Source: Candidatus Foliamicus sp. (GTDB lineage: Bacteria > Pseudomonadota > Gammaproteobacteria > Steroidobacterales > Foliamicaceae). From it: 64,000 bases of DNA. How positions within the stretch are numbered: the stretch's first letter is position 1; each line of letters opens with the position of its first letter. Positions 49,158 through 59,558 of the stretch are shown one piece after another. The stretch is from positions 284,458 through 348,457 of the forward strand of contig OZ253475.1 in NCBI GenBank assembly GCA_965261845.1, written 5' to 3'. Below the pieces are notes generated by a model. It made no database searches, was not told the DNA's origin, and worked only from the letters and a program-made list of their open reading frames with translations. A program made the translations under genes and the position numbers.

Positions 49158-52100
49158 CTATGCCGTTACCGAATCGATCATTGCGTTGAAGTGTTCTTCC
49201 ACCTTCGCTTCGAAGTCGGATTGCATCGCCCACGCGTCCGTGAACTCTGCGAACGCCCAGCGCCCGTAACGCTCGTGGTTGTTCACGCCAGGAACCCAGT
49301 ATGTCTCCATGGTGTTTTTCTTGTCCTTGGCGTCCTCCCGCCGGTACCCCTTGATCTCGACAATCAGGTGCAAAGGATCATTATGGCCATGGCCGTCATC
49401 GACGAGGACGACGAAGTCCGGGATGTAGGTACGCGTCTCGGAGCCATACCGGTAGGGCGCCTCAAGCCCCAGATTGTGGTTCTTCACGTATGCGAGCACT
49501 CGGGGATGAGCTTCTGCGACTCGGCAGAATTCAGCTTCCCAGCCGCTGTCCAGAACTACCCAGTTGACGTGGCAACGCCGTGCGTCGGTTTCGTATCTGT
49601 TTGTTTTGGTGGTATTGAAATTTACGTGCGCTGTCGAACCCACTGGGTTGTACGGATCAAGCACCGCTTTCACCGGGCGGCTGCCGATCTCGGCGCGGGT
49701 GATGGCCGCCGTAATCCGTTCGCAGGCCATGTCCGCCAGTTCCTGGTACATGAGTTGCGCAGGGTAGGCGCCGCCCTTGCAGACGAGGCAGTTGTCCAGC
49801 CATTGCTTTGTGATGCGCTTGAGTTGGCCGAATAGATGCAGCTTGGGTTCCTCGCCCGGATCGCGCCATTTCGTGTAGAGCAGACGGTGGGTGACGTGAA
49901 ACAGAAGCGTCGAGCGCCGCATATCCTGAAGATGTTCCAGGCTGAGGTCCACATCTTCGCCAATTATCCCGGCATTCTTTGTGATGGAGGGGCCGATTAG
50001 GTCAGGCGTCAACTCAAGCACTGAATCATCGGTGAATTCGGCAGTGAGTCGTTCTTCCGGAAGCTCGACGCGATAACCGGCCACGCGCGGAAACCGGATT
50101 TCCAGCGCGTCCCGGTCCGGCCTCACCGCCCTGACGTGAATGGTCTCCCGGGGCGGCTGCGGCGGCGCCACAACCGGCTTCGCCGTGAAATCGAAGGGGA
50201 TCCCCAGCACATCCGCGTACTCGACGCTGAACAATCCCTCGTGCGGGCCGTCCTCGTTCAGATCGTAGGACTGCCGCCTGAGCGCGCGGCCCACGACCTG
50301 CTCGCAGAGTAATTGGGTGCCGAAGGCGCGGACGCCCAGAACATGGGTGACGGTATTCGCATCCCAACCCTCGGTCAGCATGGAAACGGACACGACGCAG
50401 CGGATTGAACCGCCCAATCGCCCTGGTTTTCCGACCGTGTTCATAACCTCGCGCAGCAAATCCTGATCGGTGATCTTTTCGGCTTGGCCCCGATCGCCGG
50501 TGCGCTCCACGATTTCGCGGCGGAATCGCTCGATCTCATCTGCCGCCATTTTCCGGAAATTCCTGTCCAACGCATCCCCTGACTCCAGTTGCTCACTATC
50601 GATCAGCAGCGTGCGCGGACGAGCCAGCTGGTTGCCGTGCTCGTCGAAATTGCGGAACAGCGGCAAGCGGCCATTCTCCAGGGTGGTCGTGCCGTCGTCG
50701 TTCTCGCGGTGAAAGCCCGAAATGAAGTCGTAAACGAGCTTGGATGTCGATGTGTTGTTGCACACGATGATGAAACATGGCGGCACGCTGATGTGTGCCT
50801 TTTCCCAGAGTTCAAAGGTCTGTTTGTAATGCCCGTACAGCGCCTCAAGGGCGGTTTGCAGTTCTACCGGCAGGCTGAGCGGATCGAGTGTCTTGGCCTT
50901 TCCGCGTCCTTTTTTCGGCATGCGGGTTCGAATGTGCTGCCACAGGTTGCGGAACCTGGGCATTTCCCCATCCGGGATGTTGTCCGCGACGGGGACACGC
51001 GGCAGTTTGACGATGCCGCACTCGATGGCGTCCATGAGAGAGAAATCGCTCATCGTCCAAGGGAACAGCGTGCCCTCGGCATAGCCGGAACCGCTAAGGA
51101 AAAATGGTGTGGCGGAAAGATCAATGACGCTGGAAAGCCCAAGTGTTCGATTCACCGCCTCAAGACCGGAAATCCAAAGCCGCGCTGCCTCCTTGTTTTT
51201 CTCGGCTTCTTTCTTGTCGTCACCTTTCAGAACGGCTTCCTGGTCTTCTCCCGGTTTCTCGCGGTAGCAATGATGCGCTTCATCGTTGATCGCCAGAATG
51301 TGCTTCATGCCCATCAGGCCAGGCATTACCCGTTGCAGCATCTGTCCCTCGGTTTCGACCGTATTGAGGGCTGCGCCCCGTCCCTGGAGCAGCGACCGGC
51401 CGCCCTTTGAGAGGACAATTCGGTCGCGGAGCTTGAAGGCGTGGTAGTTCGTGATGACGATCTTCGCGCGCTCAAGATCAGAGAGCATATCCGCCGGCGC
51501 CAGCTGCCGGCTCTGGTAGTAGCTGTCCGGATCATTAGGCTGTAGCACGCGCAGCCGGTCACGAATGGTCAGACCCGGTGCGACAACGAGAAATCCGCGC
51601 GTGAAACGCTTGCTTTGCGGGTGACGGACGGCATTCATCGTCTGCCAGGCAATCAGCATTGCCATTACAGTAGTCTTGCCCGCGCCCGTCGCGAGTTTGA
51701 GCGCCATGCGCATCAGTTGGGGATTGGCATTGCTGCTGGCGTTTGCCAGATGCTCCAGGAGCCCTTTTTCCGCCTTTCCTCCGCGCGGCGCTACCTCGGC
51801 GAGCCAGATGGCGGTTTCTACTGCTTCGATCTGGCAGAAGAAGGGACGAATCCCGCTGAATTTGTGGTGTCTCCAGTGCTGAAGAAGACGCGCCGTTTCA
51901 GGAGTCACGCGCCACTGATTGGGGTTCGGTAGCCGTCGCCAGCGGTCCACCTCCTGGCGAACGCCGTTGATGATGGCAGTGTGATCGTATTGCTGTGCCT
52001 CTGTCGAGAGCCCTTTGCCCTCATCGAACACCAGCGCAGCCTGCTTGGAGGATCCCTTTTGCTGCCTCGGTTTCGGTATCGGGGTGATGAACTCCGCGAG

Positions 52101-52217
52101 CCGGCGCGATTCAATGGTTCTTTGGGTGGGCTGACCGGTTGCATCCAGCTCCCAGTGGCGAGAGGGGTACTCGTATGGAGAATTCAGTATTGGCCCTTCA
52201 AAGAACCGATCCCCCAT
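49158..52217 (-). CDS. res: Type III restriction enzyme Res-like helicase-nuclease, about 1,019 aa
   Basis: Motif I LATGAGKTTVMAML, DEAH box AINDEAHHC, C-terminal PD-(D/E)XK-like IPDFVVL...LIVEIKG. ATG 52217 is preceded by AAGAGGAAG; GTG 52220 is the alternative start. Confidence 0.85.
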   Translation of the reverse strand: MGDRFFEGPILNSPYEYPSRHWELDATGQPTQRTIESRRLAEFITPIPKPRQQKGSSKQAALVFDEGKGLSTEAQQYDHTAIINGVRQEVDRWRRLPNPNQWRVTPETARLLQHWRHHKFSGIRPFFCQIEAVETAIWLAEVAPRGGKAEKGLLEHLANASSNANPQLMRMALKLATGAGKTTVMAMLIAWQTMNAVRHPQSKRFTRGFLVVAPGLTIRDRLRVLQPNDPDSYYQSRQLAPADMLSDLERAKIVITNYHAFKLRDRIVLSKGGRSLLQGRGAALNTVETEGQMLQRVMPGLMGMKHILAINDEAHHCYREKPGEDQEAVLKGDDKKEAEKNKEAARLWISGLEAVNRTLGLSSVIDLSATPFFLSGSGYAEGTLFPWTMSDFSLMDAIECGIVKLPRVPVADNIPDGEMPRFRNLWQHIRTRMPKKGRGKAKTLDPLSLPVELQTALEALYGHYKQTFELWEKAHISVPPCFIIVCNNTSTSKLVYDFISGFHRENDDGTTTLENGRLPLFRNFDEHGNQLARPRTLLIDSEQLESGDALDRNFRKMAADEIERFRREIVERTGDRGQAEKITDQDLLREVMNTVGKPGRLGGSIRCVVSVSMLTEGWDANTVTHVLGVRAFGTQLLCEQVVGRALRRQSYDLNEDGPHEGLFSVEYADVLGIPFDFTAKPVVAPPQPPRETIHVRAVRPDRDALEIRFPRVAGYRVELPEERLTAEFTDDSVLELTPDLIGPSITKNAGIIGEDVDLSLEHLQDMRRSTLLFHVTHRLLYTKWRDPGEEPKLHLFGQLKRITKQWLDNCLVCKGGAYPAQLMYQELADMACERITAAITRAEIGSRPVKAVLDPYNPVGSTAHVNFNTTKTNRYETDARRCHVNWVVLDSGWEAEFCRVAEAHPRVLAYVKNHNLGLEAPYRYGSETRTYIPDFVVLVDDGHGHNDPLHLIVEIKGYRREDAKDKKNTMETYWVPGVNNHERYGRWAFAEFTDAWAMQSDFEAKVEEHFNAMIDSVTA

Positions 52218-52244
52218 CACTCACTTCCTCTTAACCCGCTCTGA

Positions 52245-52760
52245 TTAGCGGCGCGCGAAGGAGTTGGTCCAGACGGCCCAGGCGGTGAGACCAAGCAGGG
52301 CCAGCAGGACCCAGCCGGGCATGGAAAGGCCCAGCAGGGACCAGTCGACTTTGGAGCATTCGCCGGAGGCGGTAAGGGCCTCTTTCACGGCCGTCATGAC
52401 TCCAAAGTTCTCCAGGATGAAATCGAAGCTCGCGCCGCAGGGCGGCACGCTGCCTTCGGGCTGACTCTGTATCCAGAGGTGGCGCACCGCCACGCCGCCG
52501 CCGGCGAGCCCTACGGCGCCGCACAGCACGGAGTAGGCATGCCGAAACCAGCCAGCGGGGCTGTGGATGGCGGCAAGCAGGAAGACCAGGCCCATGCCTG
52601 CCACCGCCACTCGCTGCAGTATGCACAAAGGGCAGGGGACCAGGCCCTGCACCTGCTCGGCGAACAGCGCGTAACCGAACAGCAGAAAGCAGACGGCCGC
52701 TCCCACCAAGTTGAGCTTGCGGGCGCCGGCGTTGAGGATTGCTTGCAGGAGCGATTTCAC
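52245..52760 (-). CDS. dsbB: Disulfide bond formation protein B
   Basis: 171 aa with four hydrophobic segments. N-terminal CPLCILQR motif, and a second Cys pair in the periplasmic loop (PPCGASF...GECSKV). Confidence 0.85.
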   Translation of the reverse strand: MKSLLQAILNAGARKLNLVGAAVCFLLFGYALFAEQVQGLVPCPLCILQRVAVAGMGLVFLLAAIHSPAGWFRHAYSVLCGAVGLAGGGVAVRHLWIQSQPEGSVPPCGASFDFILENFGVMTAVKEALTASGECSKVDWSLLGLSMPGWVLLALLGLTAWAVWTNSFARR

Positions 52761-54361
52761 TTTGCGGTCTCTAACGCACCTTCATCGTGCTTGTCGGTAA
52801 CGGTTGCTGCCGCATTCTCGCACATGCGGGCGAGAAGGCCGTTGAATGTACTGCCTTCTTCATCGGCTAGCGCAGCATCCCGCAGTTCACGCACGGCCGC
52901 GGCCGGATTGTCGCGGCCGCGTAGATTCGGCAAAGCCTTGCCGATGGCCTGAAAGCGGCCCAGGCCACGCTCGAATGTCTCGCCGTAGCCCTTGACCAGT
53001 TGCTGGAGGGCGGCCATTTGCACTGCCAGTTCGTAATCTGTCGGCGCCAGCCGCTCCAATGTGGCAAGCCAGTCGCGTATCCGCTGGTCCTCTTCGCGGT
53101 GGCGCAGCGTACTGAGTCGCCAGGCCCGCGTTCGGGCCATTGATCGCATGAGCAAGTAACCCCACAGCCGGTCGGTGGAGATTTTCTTCCCGCCGGTAAA
53201 AACGCTGAGCACGCGGCGCGTCACGCTCCACTTCAGCAGCGGTCCGCCCAGCCAGGCTGGCAGGCTGCCGGCGATTTCCTCCACCCGGGGGCTCAGGTAG
53301 TCGACGATCCGCATGACCTGGCCTTCGCCGGTGTTCCCCTCGGCCCGAACACGGGCAAATCGGGCGGAACGGGTCTTGAGGTCGGCTACCCTCGCGGTGT
53401 CCTCGTAACTCATCCAGAGGGCCAGACCGCGAGCGGCTTCCCGCAGCAGCCTGTAGTGGCGCGCGGCGCCATCCACTTTCAGGATTCCCAGCAGCCGGTC
53501 GAGGTAGAGGCCGGCGTAGGCGTGACTCTGATAATCCACCAGGCGGTGCACTCCGATCCCGAGAAGTCCCGCACAGGTGTTAGGGAATTCCGAGGAGATG
53601 CGCGCCATAAGCCGTTGGGCGCGCTTGTTTCGCGGCGCGGGAACCGGATCGAATTGTTGCGCTGAGTCGGCCTGCAACGCCGGGTCGCCATCGTCGGGGG
53701 CGGGGTGGTTCCCCGCCGCAACTTCGGCGCGGGCCTTGCCGGACGCAAACGCCGCCAGATTGGTTTCCAGCGCTCGGCCGCTCTTCCTGATGGCCTGTTC
53801 GCAGGCCTCGGCGGGAAAGGGCAGGGCGCCGGAGCCGGCCAAAGCGCCCAGAACGACCGAACTGATGACGCTGCCGCTTTGCCGGGCCAGGGCCTCCATG
53901 TCCAGTGCTACCAGCCGCTTTGCCGTGGCGCTAGCCACCTGCATGACGGTTTCGCTGTCGGCCAGCCCATCGCCTAGCGCGGACTTTTCGCCGATCGTAA
54001 ACACCCGGTGGGTGGACGTGAGCAGCGTGGTGCGGTCACGGCTTACCAACCCGCGCTGTATGGCGCGGCCCGCTTCCATCAACTCGGAAGCCACCATCAG
54101 GTCCACGTCGCCGGGGTTGGGCATCAGCGCCAGGACCGGCTGTGCTCCGGCTGCTTCGGCCGCAGCGCGGGGGAAGAACTCCAGGTAATACAAGGTGGCG
54201 CCGGTTCGCTGCGCCACGCCCGGCACGGACGTGGCCTGCGCCAGAAAGCCGCTGGCCTCGGCGGCTGAAAGCAGCCATTGCGTCAGAACACCGCCTCCCT
54301 GGCCACCCAGCGCGGCGATGGCAAGCTTGAAGACCCCCGGGGCCGTTTGCCCTGCTACCAC
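52757..54361 (-). CDS. iorB: Indolepyruvate/2-oxoacid ferredoxin oxidoreductase beta-subunit family protein
   Basis: N-terminal FKLAIAALGGQGGGVLTQWL (pyruvate-ferredoxin oxidoreductase gamma-like GGQG motif). Overlaps the upstream alpha-subunit gene by 7 nt. Confidence 0.75.
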   Translation of the reverse strand: MVAGQTAPGVFKLAIAALGGQGGGVLTQWLLSAAEASGFLAQATSVPGVAQRTGATLYYLEFFPRAAAEAAGAQPVLALMPNPGDVDLMVASELMEAGRAIQRGLVSRDRTTLLTSTHRVFTIGEKSALGDGLADSETVMQVASATAKRLVALDMEALARQSGSVISSVVLGALAGSGALPFPAEACEQAIRKSGRALETNLAAFASGKARAEVAAGNHPAPDDGDPALQADSAQQFDPVPAPRNKRAQRLMARISSEFPNTCAGLLGIGVHRLVDYQSHAYAGLYLDRLLGILKVDGAARHYRLLREAARGLALWMSYEDTARVADLKTRSARFARVRAEGNTGEGQVMRIVDYLSPRVEEIAGSLPAWLGGPLLKWSVTRRVLSVFTGGKKISTDRLWGYLLMRSMARTRAWRLSTLRHREEDQRIRDWLATLERLAPTDYELAVQMAALQQLVKGYGETFERGLGRFQAIGKALPNLRGRDNPAAAVRELRDAALADEEGSTFNGLLARMCENAAATVTDKHDEGALETAK

Positions 54362-56481
54362 GCGCTAGCCCGCTTGCGCTGCGTTTGCCTTTGCAGAAAG
54401 CCGATCAGCAAGCCGCGCAGGCGATTCGCGGACCGTTCCACGATGCCGGGATTGTCCACCAGTTCGGCATGGTAGAACGAAGGACACAGGATCGCCGCAT
54501 GCGCGACTTCGCCGCACACGCCGCAGCCCACGCAGTCGTAATCCACGGTCGCTACCGGGGCCTGGCGCAGGGGATCGGGGTTGGGCTTTACGGTCAGCGA
54601 CGGACAACCGGACAGCCGGATACAGGAGTGATCGCCGGTACAGGTTTCGGGGTCCACGCCATATTGCTTGCGGGTTACCCGCTTGCCGGCCTTGCGCAAG
54701 CGATTGAGCAACGGGCGAACGCGCCGCTCGCGGTTCAATTGGCACTCGCCCTGGGCCACGATCACTTTCGGGCCCTTCTCACCGGTGCTCATGGCCTCGT
54801 GCAGGATACGCAGGGTGCCCTTCATGTCATAGGTATTGAGACTGCGCACCCAGCGCACGCCCACGCCCCGCACCGCATCGACAATGGAAAGTCGCCCGGT
54901 GCGGCGCGGCGAATCCAACTGCGATGACGGAATCCACTGGCCCCCGGTGGCCGCGGAGTAGCCGTTGTCCACGATTATGGTGACGCCGTCGTGCTCATTG
55001 AACACTGCGTTACTGATGCCGCTGGTCAAGCCGTTGTGCCAGAACCCGCCGTCCCCCATGAGCGAGATCGGGCGCTTGCTCCCGCTTGCGTGCAGGGCGG
55101 AAGCCGCGGCGCTGCCCAGTCCGTAGCCCAGGATGCTGGCCCCAAGGTGGAACGGCGCCAGGCTGGCGAATGAGTGGCAGCCGATGTCGGCGCTTACATG
55201 GATCGGCCCCACTTCCTTCTGCAGCAGCTTCAGCGAGGCGAACAGCGGGCGTTCCGGGCATCCCGTACATAAGCCGGAGGGTCGCTCCGGCACCGCGGAA
55301 GCAAGTTCCGACGCCGGCAGCAGCGGCGCTTCGCGCAGCGGATGCAGCAGGCGGGGCGCGCATTCTTCCACGAACGCCCGAATTCCCTCCTGAAGAGCCT
55401 GGCCGGTGTATTCGCCGGCCATGGGCAAGGGGCCTTTACCCAGGATCCGGGTTTGCAGGTCGGCCCGGCGCAGAAACTGGTGTGCCGCCTGTTCAATATG
55501 CTCGGGCTGACCTTCCTCCACAATCAGCAAGGCCCGCTTGCCGGCGGCAAAGCGGGCGAATTCTTCCTCCACCAGCGGGTAGGTCACGTTGAGGACATAC
55601 AGCGGCAGCCGCGAGGCGCCATAGCCATCGGCCAAGCCCAGCAATTCCAGCGCCCGCAGCACTCCGTTGTACAGGCCGCCCTGCAGCACGATGCCCAGGT
55701 CGTTCTCCGGCCCGTCAATGAACTCGTTCAGCTTCCGCTGCTGCACGAAGCGCACGGCGGCCGGCCAGCGCTGCTCGGTCTTTTCCTTTTCCTGCTGGTA
55801 GGTGTACGGCGGCAGGATGATGCGCGACGGATCGCGCTGCGGGGCATTGAGCGCATCGGCGGCGGTGAACGGCGGGCGGCGATTGTCGCTGGCAATAAAG
55901 CTGCCGTACAAATGGCATGCGCGAATTCTGAGCATCAGCATCACCGGCGTATTGCTGGCCTCGGACAGCTCGAAGCCCTGCTGCACGGCGCTCACGATAC
56001 AGTCCAGCCGGGGCTTGGGATCGAGCAGCCACATTTGCGATTTCATGGCGAAGGCATGGGTGCGTTCCTGCATGATGCTGGAGCCGTCGCCGTAGTCTTC
56101 GCCGAGAATGATCAGCGCGCCGCCCTTGACTCCGGCTGAGGCCAGGTTGCCCAGTGCGTCGCTGGCCACGTTGGTGCCCACTGTGGATTTCCAGGTCACC
56201 GCACCGCGCAGCGGGTAGTTGATGGAGGCCGCCAGCGTGGCGGCGGCAGTGGCCTCGCTGGCGCTGGATTCAAAACGCACGCCCAGCTCATCGAGAATCT
56301 CGCCGGCGTCGGCCAGCACATCCATCAGGTGCGAAACCGGGGCGCCCTGGTAGCCGGCCACATAGGCCACGCCGGACTGCAGCAAGGCCTTGGTTACGGC
56401 CAGAATGCCCTCGCCGCGGAACTCCTCACCGGCGCCCAAACGGAGCAATTCAACTTCTTTGGCGAATGATCGTTCGGCCAC
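54355..56481 (-). CDS. iorA: Indolepyruvate ferredoxin oxidoreductase alpha subunit (TPP- and 4Fe-4S-binding)
   Basis: TPP motif LMGDGGFWHNG. Cysteine clusters CTGDHSCIRLSGCPSL and CVGCGVCGEVAHAAILCP. Start placed at GTG 56481 (VAERSFAKEVELL...). The 64 upstream codons of ORF 54355..56673 are translated REP element. Confidence 0.8.
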   Translation of the reverse strand: MAERSFAKEVELLRLGAGEEFRGEGILAVTKALLQSGVAYVAGYQGAPVSHLMDVLADAGEILDELGVRFESSASEATAAATLAASINYPLRGAVTWKSTVGTNVASDALGNLASAGVKGGALIILGEDYGDGSSIMQERTHAFAMKSQMWLLDPKPRLDCIVSAVQQGFELSEASNTPVMLMLRIRACHLYGSFIASDNRRPPFTAADALNAPQRDPSRIILPPYTYQQEKEKTEQRWPAAVRFVQQRKLNEFIDGPENDLGIVLQGGLYNGVLRALELLGLADGYGASRLPLYVLNVTYPLVEEEFARFAAGKRALLIVEEGQPEHIEQAAHQFLRRADLQTRILGKGPLPMAGEYTGQALQEGIRAFVEECAPRLLHPLREAPLLPASELASAVPERPSGLCTGCPERPLFASLKLLQKEVGPIHVSADIGCHSFASLAPFHLGASILGYGLGSAAASALHASGSKRPISLMGDGGFWHNGLTSGISNAVFNEHDGVTIIVDNGYSAATGGQWIPSSQLDSPRRTGRLSIVDAVRGVGVRWVRSLNTYDMKGTLRILHEAMSTGEKGPKVIVAQGECQLNRERRVRPLLNRLRKAGKRVTRKQYGVDPETCTGDHSCIRLSGCPSLTVKPNPDPLRQAPVATVDYDCVGCGVCGEVAHAAILCPSFYHAELVDNPGIVERSANRLRGLLIGFLQRQTQRKRASAW

Positions 56482-56604
56482 TACCGACTCCAGCGCGGCT
56501 TCCTTGGAAAACGAGCCAAGTGTACTACCCGGTGGGCATGAAATCAGACCCGTTGGCGTGTGCGGATTCGGTAGGCGCGCGAACGAGAAACCGGTCGGTG
56601 ATTT

Positions 56605-56716
56605 GGACGGTTGGGAACGACCTGGGAACGAGGGCGTCCCGCCCTCGACGAGGGCAAGATGCCCTCGCTCCATTGTTCCTTGCGCGTCAGCGCAGTCAGG
56701 CCGCTGCGAAAACTCC
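56605..56716. repeat. REP-like element, copy D (opposite orientation to copy A)
   Basis: GGGAACGACCTGGGAACGAGGGCGTCCCGCCCTCGACGAGGGCAAGATGCCCTCGCTCCATTGTTCCTTGCGCGTCAGCG...CCGCTGCGAAAACTC aligns with the reverse complement of 35221-35348. Confidence 0.8.
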
Positions 56717-56729
56717 CAGGGGTTGTGGA

Positions 56730-59558
56730 CTACGGACCGAGGGCCTTGATGCGCTCGGTCTGTTCGCGGAGGCGTTCAAGGACGCGGCGCAATGCCTTCT
56801 GGCGGTCCCGCGCGGCCTGCACGACTTCGTCCGGGGCTCTGGACAGAAATTGCGGATTGGACAGCTTGTTGTCCGCCGCTTGCAGGGCTTTCTCGGCCTG
56901 TGTGAGCAGCTTGGCGAGTCGCGCGCTTTCCGCGGCCGGGTCGATAACGCCGGCCAGCGGCGTAAGCAAGCGTAGTTCGCCATGCAGTGCGGCAGCGGCT
57001 GGAGGCGGTTCGGCATCCGCCGCCAGCAACTTCAGTTCGCTTATTCCCGCCAGCGGATACAGCAGGTCCGCCAGGGATTCGATTCGCGCCCGGTCATTTG
57101 CACTTGCGCCTTGTGCCAGCACTTCCAGTGGCCGGCCCGGCGGCAGGTTCAATTCGCCCCGAATCTGGCGTATGCCCAGCACGAAGCCCTGCAGCCATTC
57201 GATGTCGGCTTCGGCCATGGAGTCTTGGGGATAGTCCTCAGCCTGCGGCCAGGCAGCAATCATCACGCTTTCGCCGCCAACTCCCGCCAGCGGCGCAGCT
57301 CGCTGCCATAGCGCTTCGGTGATGAACGGCATGATGGGGTGCAAGGAGCGCAGGGCCACTTCCAGAACTTGCGCCAGCGTCCGACGGGCCGAAGCCGCAG
57401 CTCCTTGATCGCCGCCGGCCAGCACGATCTTGGAAAGCTCCAGGTACCAGTCGCAGTACTCGCGCCAAACGAAGTCGTACATGGCGCGGCTGGCCAGGTC
57501 CAGCCGGTAGCCGTCCAGCCCCTGGCGGGTGGCGGCCAATGCCTTGCCAAGCCGCGAAACGATCCAGCGGTCGGCCAGGCTGGTTTCTGTGCCGGTTCCT
57601 GGGGTGGCGTTCGGGTTCTGCGCGGGAATTGGATTCGAGGGCGGGACGCCCTCGTTCCCGGGGTGTTGCATGAAGACGAAGCGTGCCGCGTTCCAGAGTT
57701 TGGTGCAGAAGTTGCGGTAGCCGGCGGTGCGGTCCAGGTCGTAGCGAATGTCCTGCCCGGTGCTGGCCATGGCGGCGAAGCTGAAGCGCACTGCGTCGGC
57801 GCCGAAGGCCGGAATCCCGTCGGGGAATTGCTTGCGGGTGGAGGCTTCGATCTGCGGCGCCAGTTGCGGCTGCATCAGGCCGGCGGTGCGCTTTTCTACC
57901 AGCGTCTCCAAATCCACACCGTCGATCAGGTCCAGCGGATCAATCACGTTGCCGCGCGATTTCGACATCTTATGGCCTTCGTGGTCACGGATCAGGCCGT
58001 GCACGTACACCTCCCGAAACGGCACGTCGCCCATCAATTTCAAACCCATCATGATCATGCGGGCCACCCAGAAGAACAGTATGTCGAAGCCGGTAACCAG
58101 CACCGTGCCTGGATAAAAGCGTTTGAGCTCCGGTGTCTCAGCCGGCCAGCCGACGGTCGAGAATGGCCACAAGGCCGAAGAGAACCAGGTGTCCAGCACG
58201 TCCTCGTCGCGCCGCAACGGAAAACCTTTCGCCAGCTTATGCCGCCGGCGCACCTCGGCTTCATCTCGACCTACGAATATTTGACCGTCTTCGCCGTACC
58301 AGGCCGGGATCTGATGTCCCCACCACAACTGGCGGCTGATGCACCAGTCCTCGATGTTGCGCATCCACTCGAAATAGGTCGCCGACCAGTTTTCCGGCAC
58401 GAAGCGCACGCGCCCGTCCTCCACCGCGGCGATCGCGGGTTCGGCCAGCGGCTTGGCGCGCACGAACCACTGATCGGTAAGGAAGGGCTCCAGTATTGCT
58501 TGCGAACGGTCGCCCCTGGGCACTGTGTGGCGATGTTCTCGAACCTCCACTAGCGCACCCTGGCTTCGCAGCGCCTCCACGACCGCCTTGCGAGCGGCGA
58601 AGCGGTCCAGGCCGGCGAACGCCCTGGGAGCGTCGTCGTTCAGGGCGGCTTTGGGCGTAAAAAGGTTGATAGCCGGAAGCTTGTGGCGCCGGCCGATTTC
58701 GTAATCGGTGAAGTCATGCGCCGGCGTGACCTTGACGCAGCCGGTTCCGAATTCCGGATCCACCGCCTCGTCGGCCACGATCGGGATTTCCCGGCCGACC
58801 AGCGGCAGGCGCACACTAAGGCCTACCAGGCCGCTGTAGCGCTCATCGTTCGGGTGCACCGCAACGCCGGTGTCGCCCAGCATGGTTTCGGGGCGGGTGG
58901 TATCCACTTCCACGGCGCCTTGGCCATTAATCAGCGGATAGCGCAGCCGCCAAAGGTGGCCGTCTTCCTCGCTGGACACCACCTCCAGATCGGATAGAGC
59001 GGTTTGCAGCACCGGGTCCCAGTTCACCAGCCGCTGTCCACGGTAGATCAAGCCCTCTTCGTGCAGGCGCACAAATGCTTCGGTCACGGCGCGGCTGCGT
59101 GCTTCGTCCAGGGTGAAGCAGTCGCGCGAGAAGTCCAGCGACGCCCCCAGGCGCCGAAGTTGGGCGCTGATCCGCCCGCCCGAGGATTCCTTCCAGGCCC
59201 AGACTCGTCTTATGAATTCCTCACGGCCCAGATCGCGGCGGTTCAGGCCCTCGGCTTCAAGCTGGCGCTCCACCACCATCTGGGTGGCGATGCCGGCGTG
59301 GTCCACGCCGGGTTGCCAAAGCGTGCAATCGCCACGCATCCGATGGTAGCGGGTCAGTGCATCCATCACCGTGTCCTGAAAGGCATGGCCCATGTGCAGG
59401 CTGCCGGTCACGTTGGGCGGCGGGATGACGATGCAGAAGGACTGGCCTTTCCCGCTTGGCGCGAAATAGCCGGCCTGCTCCCAGCGCCGGTAGGCCTCGC
59501 CCTCCAGTTCAGCCGGCCGATAGCGATCGGCCAGCGGTTGCCCGCCGGGCGGACTCAC
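56730..59558 (-). CDS. valS: Valine--tRNA ligase
   Basis: HIGH motif [20 protein letters not shown] motif, 942 aa, C-terminal coiled-coil. GTG start at 59558. Confidence 0.95.
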   Translation of the reverse strand: MSPPGGQPLADRYRPAELEGEAYRRWEQAGYFAPSGKGQSFCIVIPPPNVTGSLHMGHAFQDTVMDALTRYHRMRGDCTLWQPGVDHAGIATQMVVERQLEAEGLNRRDLGREEFIRRVWAWKESSGGRISAQLRRLGASLDFSRDCFTLDEARSRAVTEAFVRLHEEGLIYRGQRLVNWDPVLQTALSDLEVVSSEEDGHLWRLRYPLINGQGAVEVDTTRPETMLGDTGVAVHPNDERYSGLVGLSVRLPLVGREIPIVADEAVDPEFGTGCVKVTPAHDFTDYEIGRRHKLPAINLFTPKAALNDDAPRAFAGLDRFAARKAVVEALRSQGALVEVREHRHTVPRGDRSQAILEPFLTDQWFVRAKPLAEPAIAAVEDGRVRFVPENWSATYFEWMRNIEDWCISRQLWWGHQIPAWYGEDGQIFVGRDEAEVRRRHKLAKGFPLRRDEDVLDTWFSSALWPFSTVGWPAETPELKRFYPGTVLVTGFDILFFWVARMIMMGLKLMGDVPFREVYVHGLIRDHEGHKMSKSRGNVIDPLDLIDGVDLETLVEKRTAGLMQPQLAPQIEASTRKQFPDGIPAFGADAVRFSFAAMASTGQDIRYDLDRTAGYRNFCTKLWNAARFVFMQHPGNEGVPPSNPIPAQNPNATPGTGTETSLADRWIVSRLGKALAATRQGLDGYRLDLASRAMYDFVWREYCDWYLELSKIVLAGGDQGAAASARRTLAQVLEVALRSLHPIMPFITEALWQRAAPLAGVGGESVMIAAWPQAEDYPQDSMAEADIEWLQGFVLGIRQIRGELNLPPGRPLEVLAQGASANDRARIESLADLLYPLAGISELKLLAADAEPPPAAAALHGELRLLTPLAGVIDPAAESARLAKLLTQAEKALQAADNKLSNPQFLSRAPDEVVQAARDRQKALRRVLERLREQTERIKALGP
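57636..57667. repeat. REP-like hairpin segment embedded in frame in valS
   Basis: The minus strand reads AACACCCCGGGAACGAGGGCGTCCCGCCCTCG. The 24-nt core GGGAACGAGGGCGTCCCGCCCTCG is identical to copies A and D. It is translated as [10 protein letters not shown]. Confidence 0.8.

Noticed and set aside
56482-56673. The N-terminal 64 codons of ORF 54355..56673, and similar extensions of 35145..35819, 36144..36569 and 56466..56975.
   Set aside because: They are translations of the REP-like element (recurring GTPSFPG / LGTRASRPR peptides). The true starts lie downstream.
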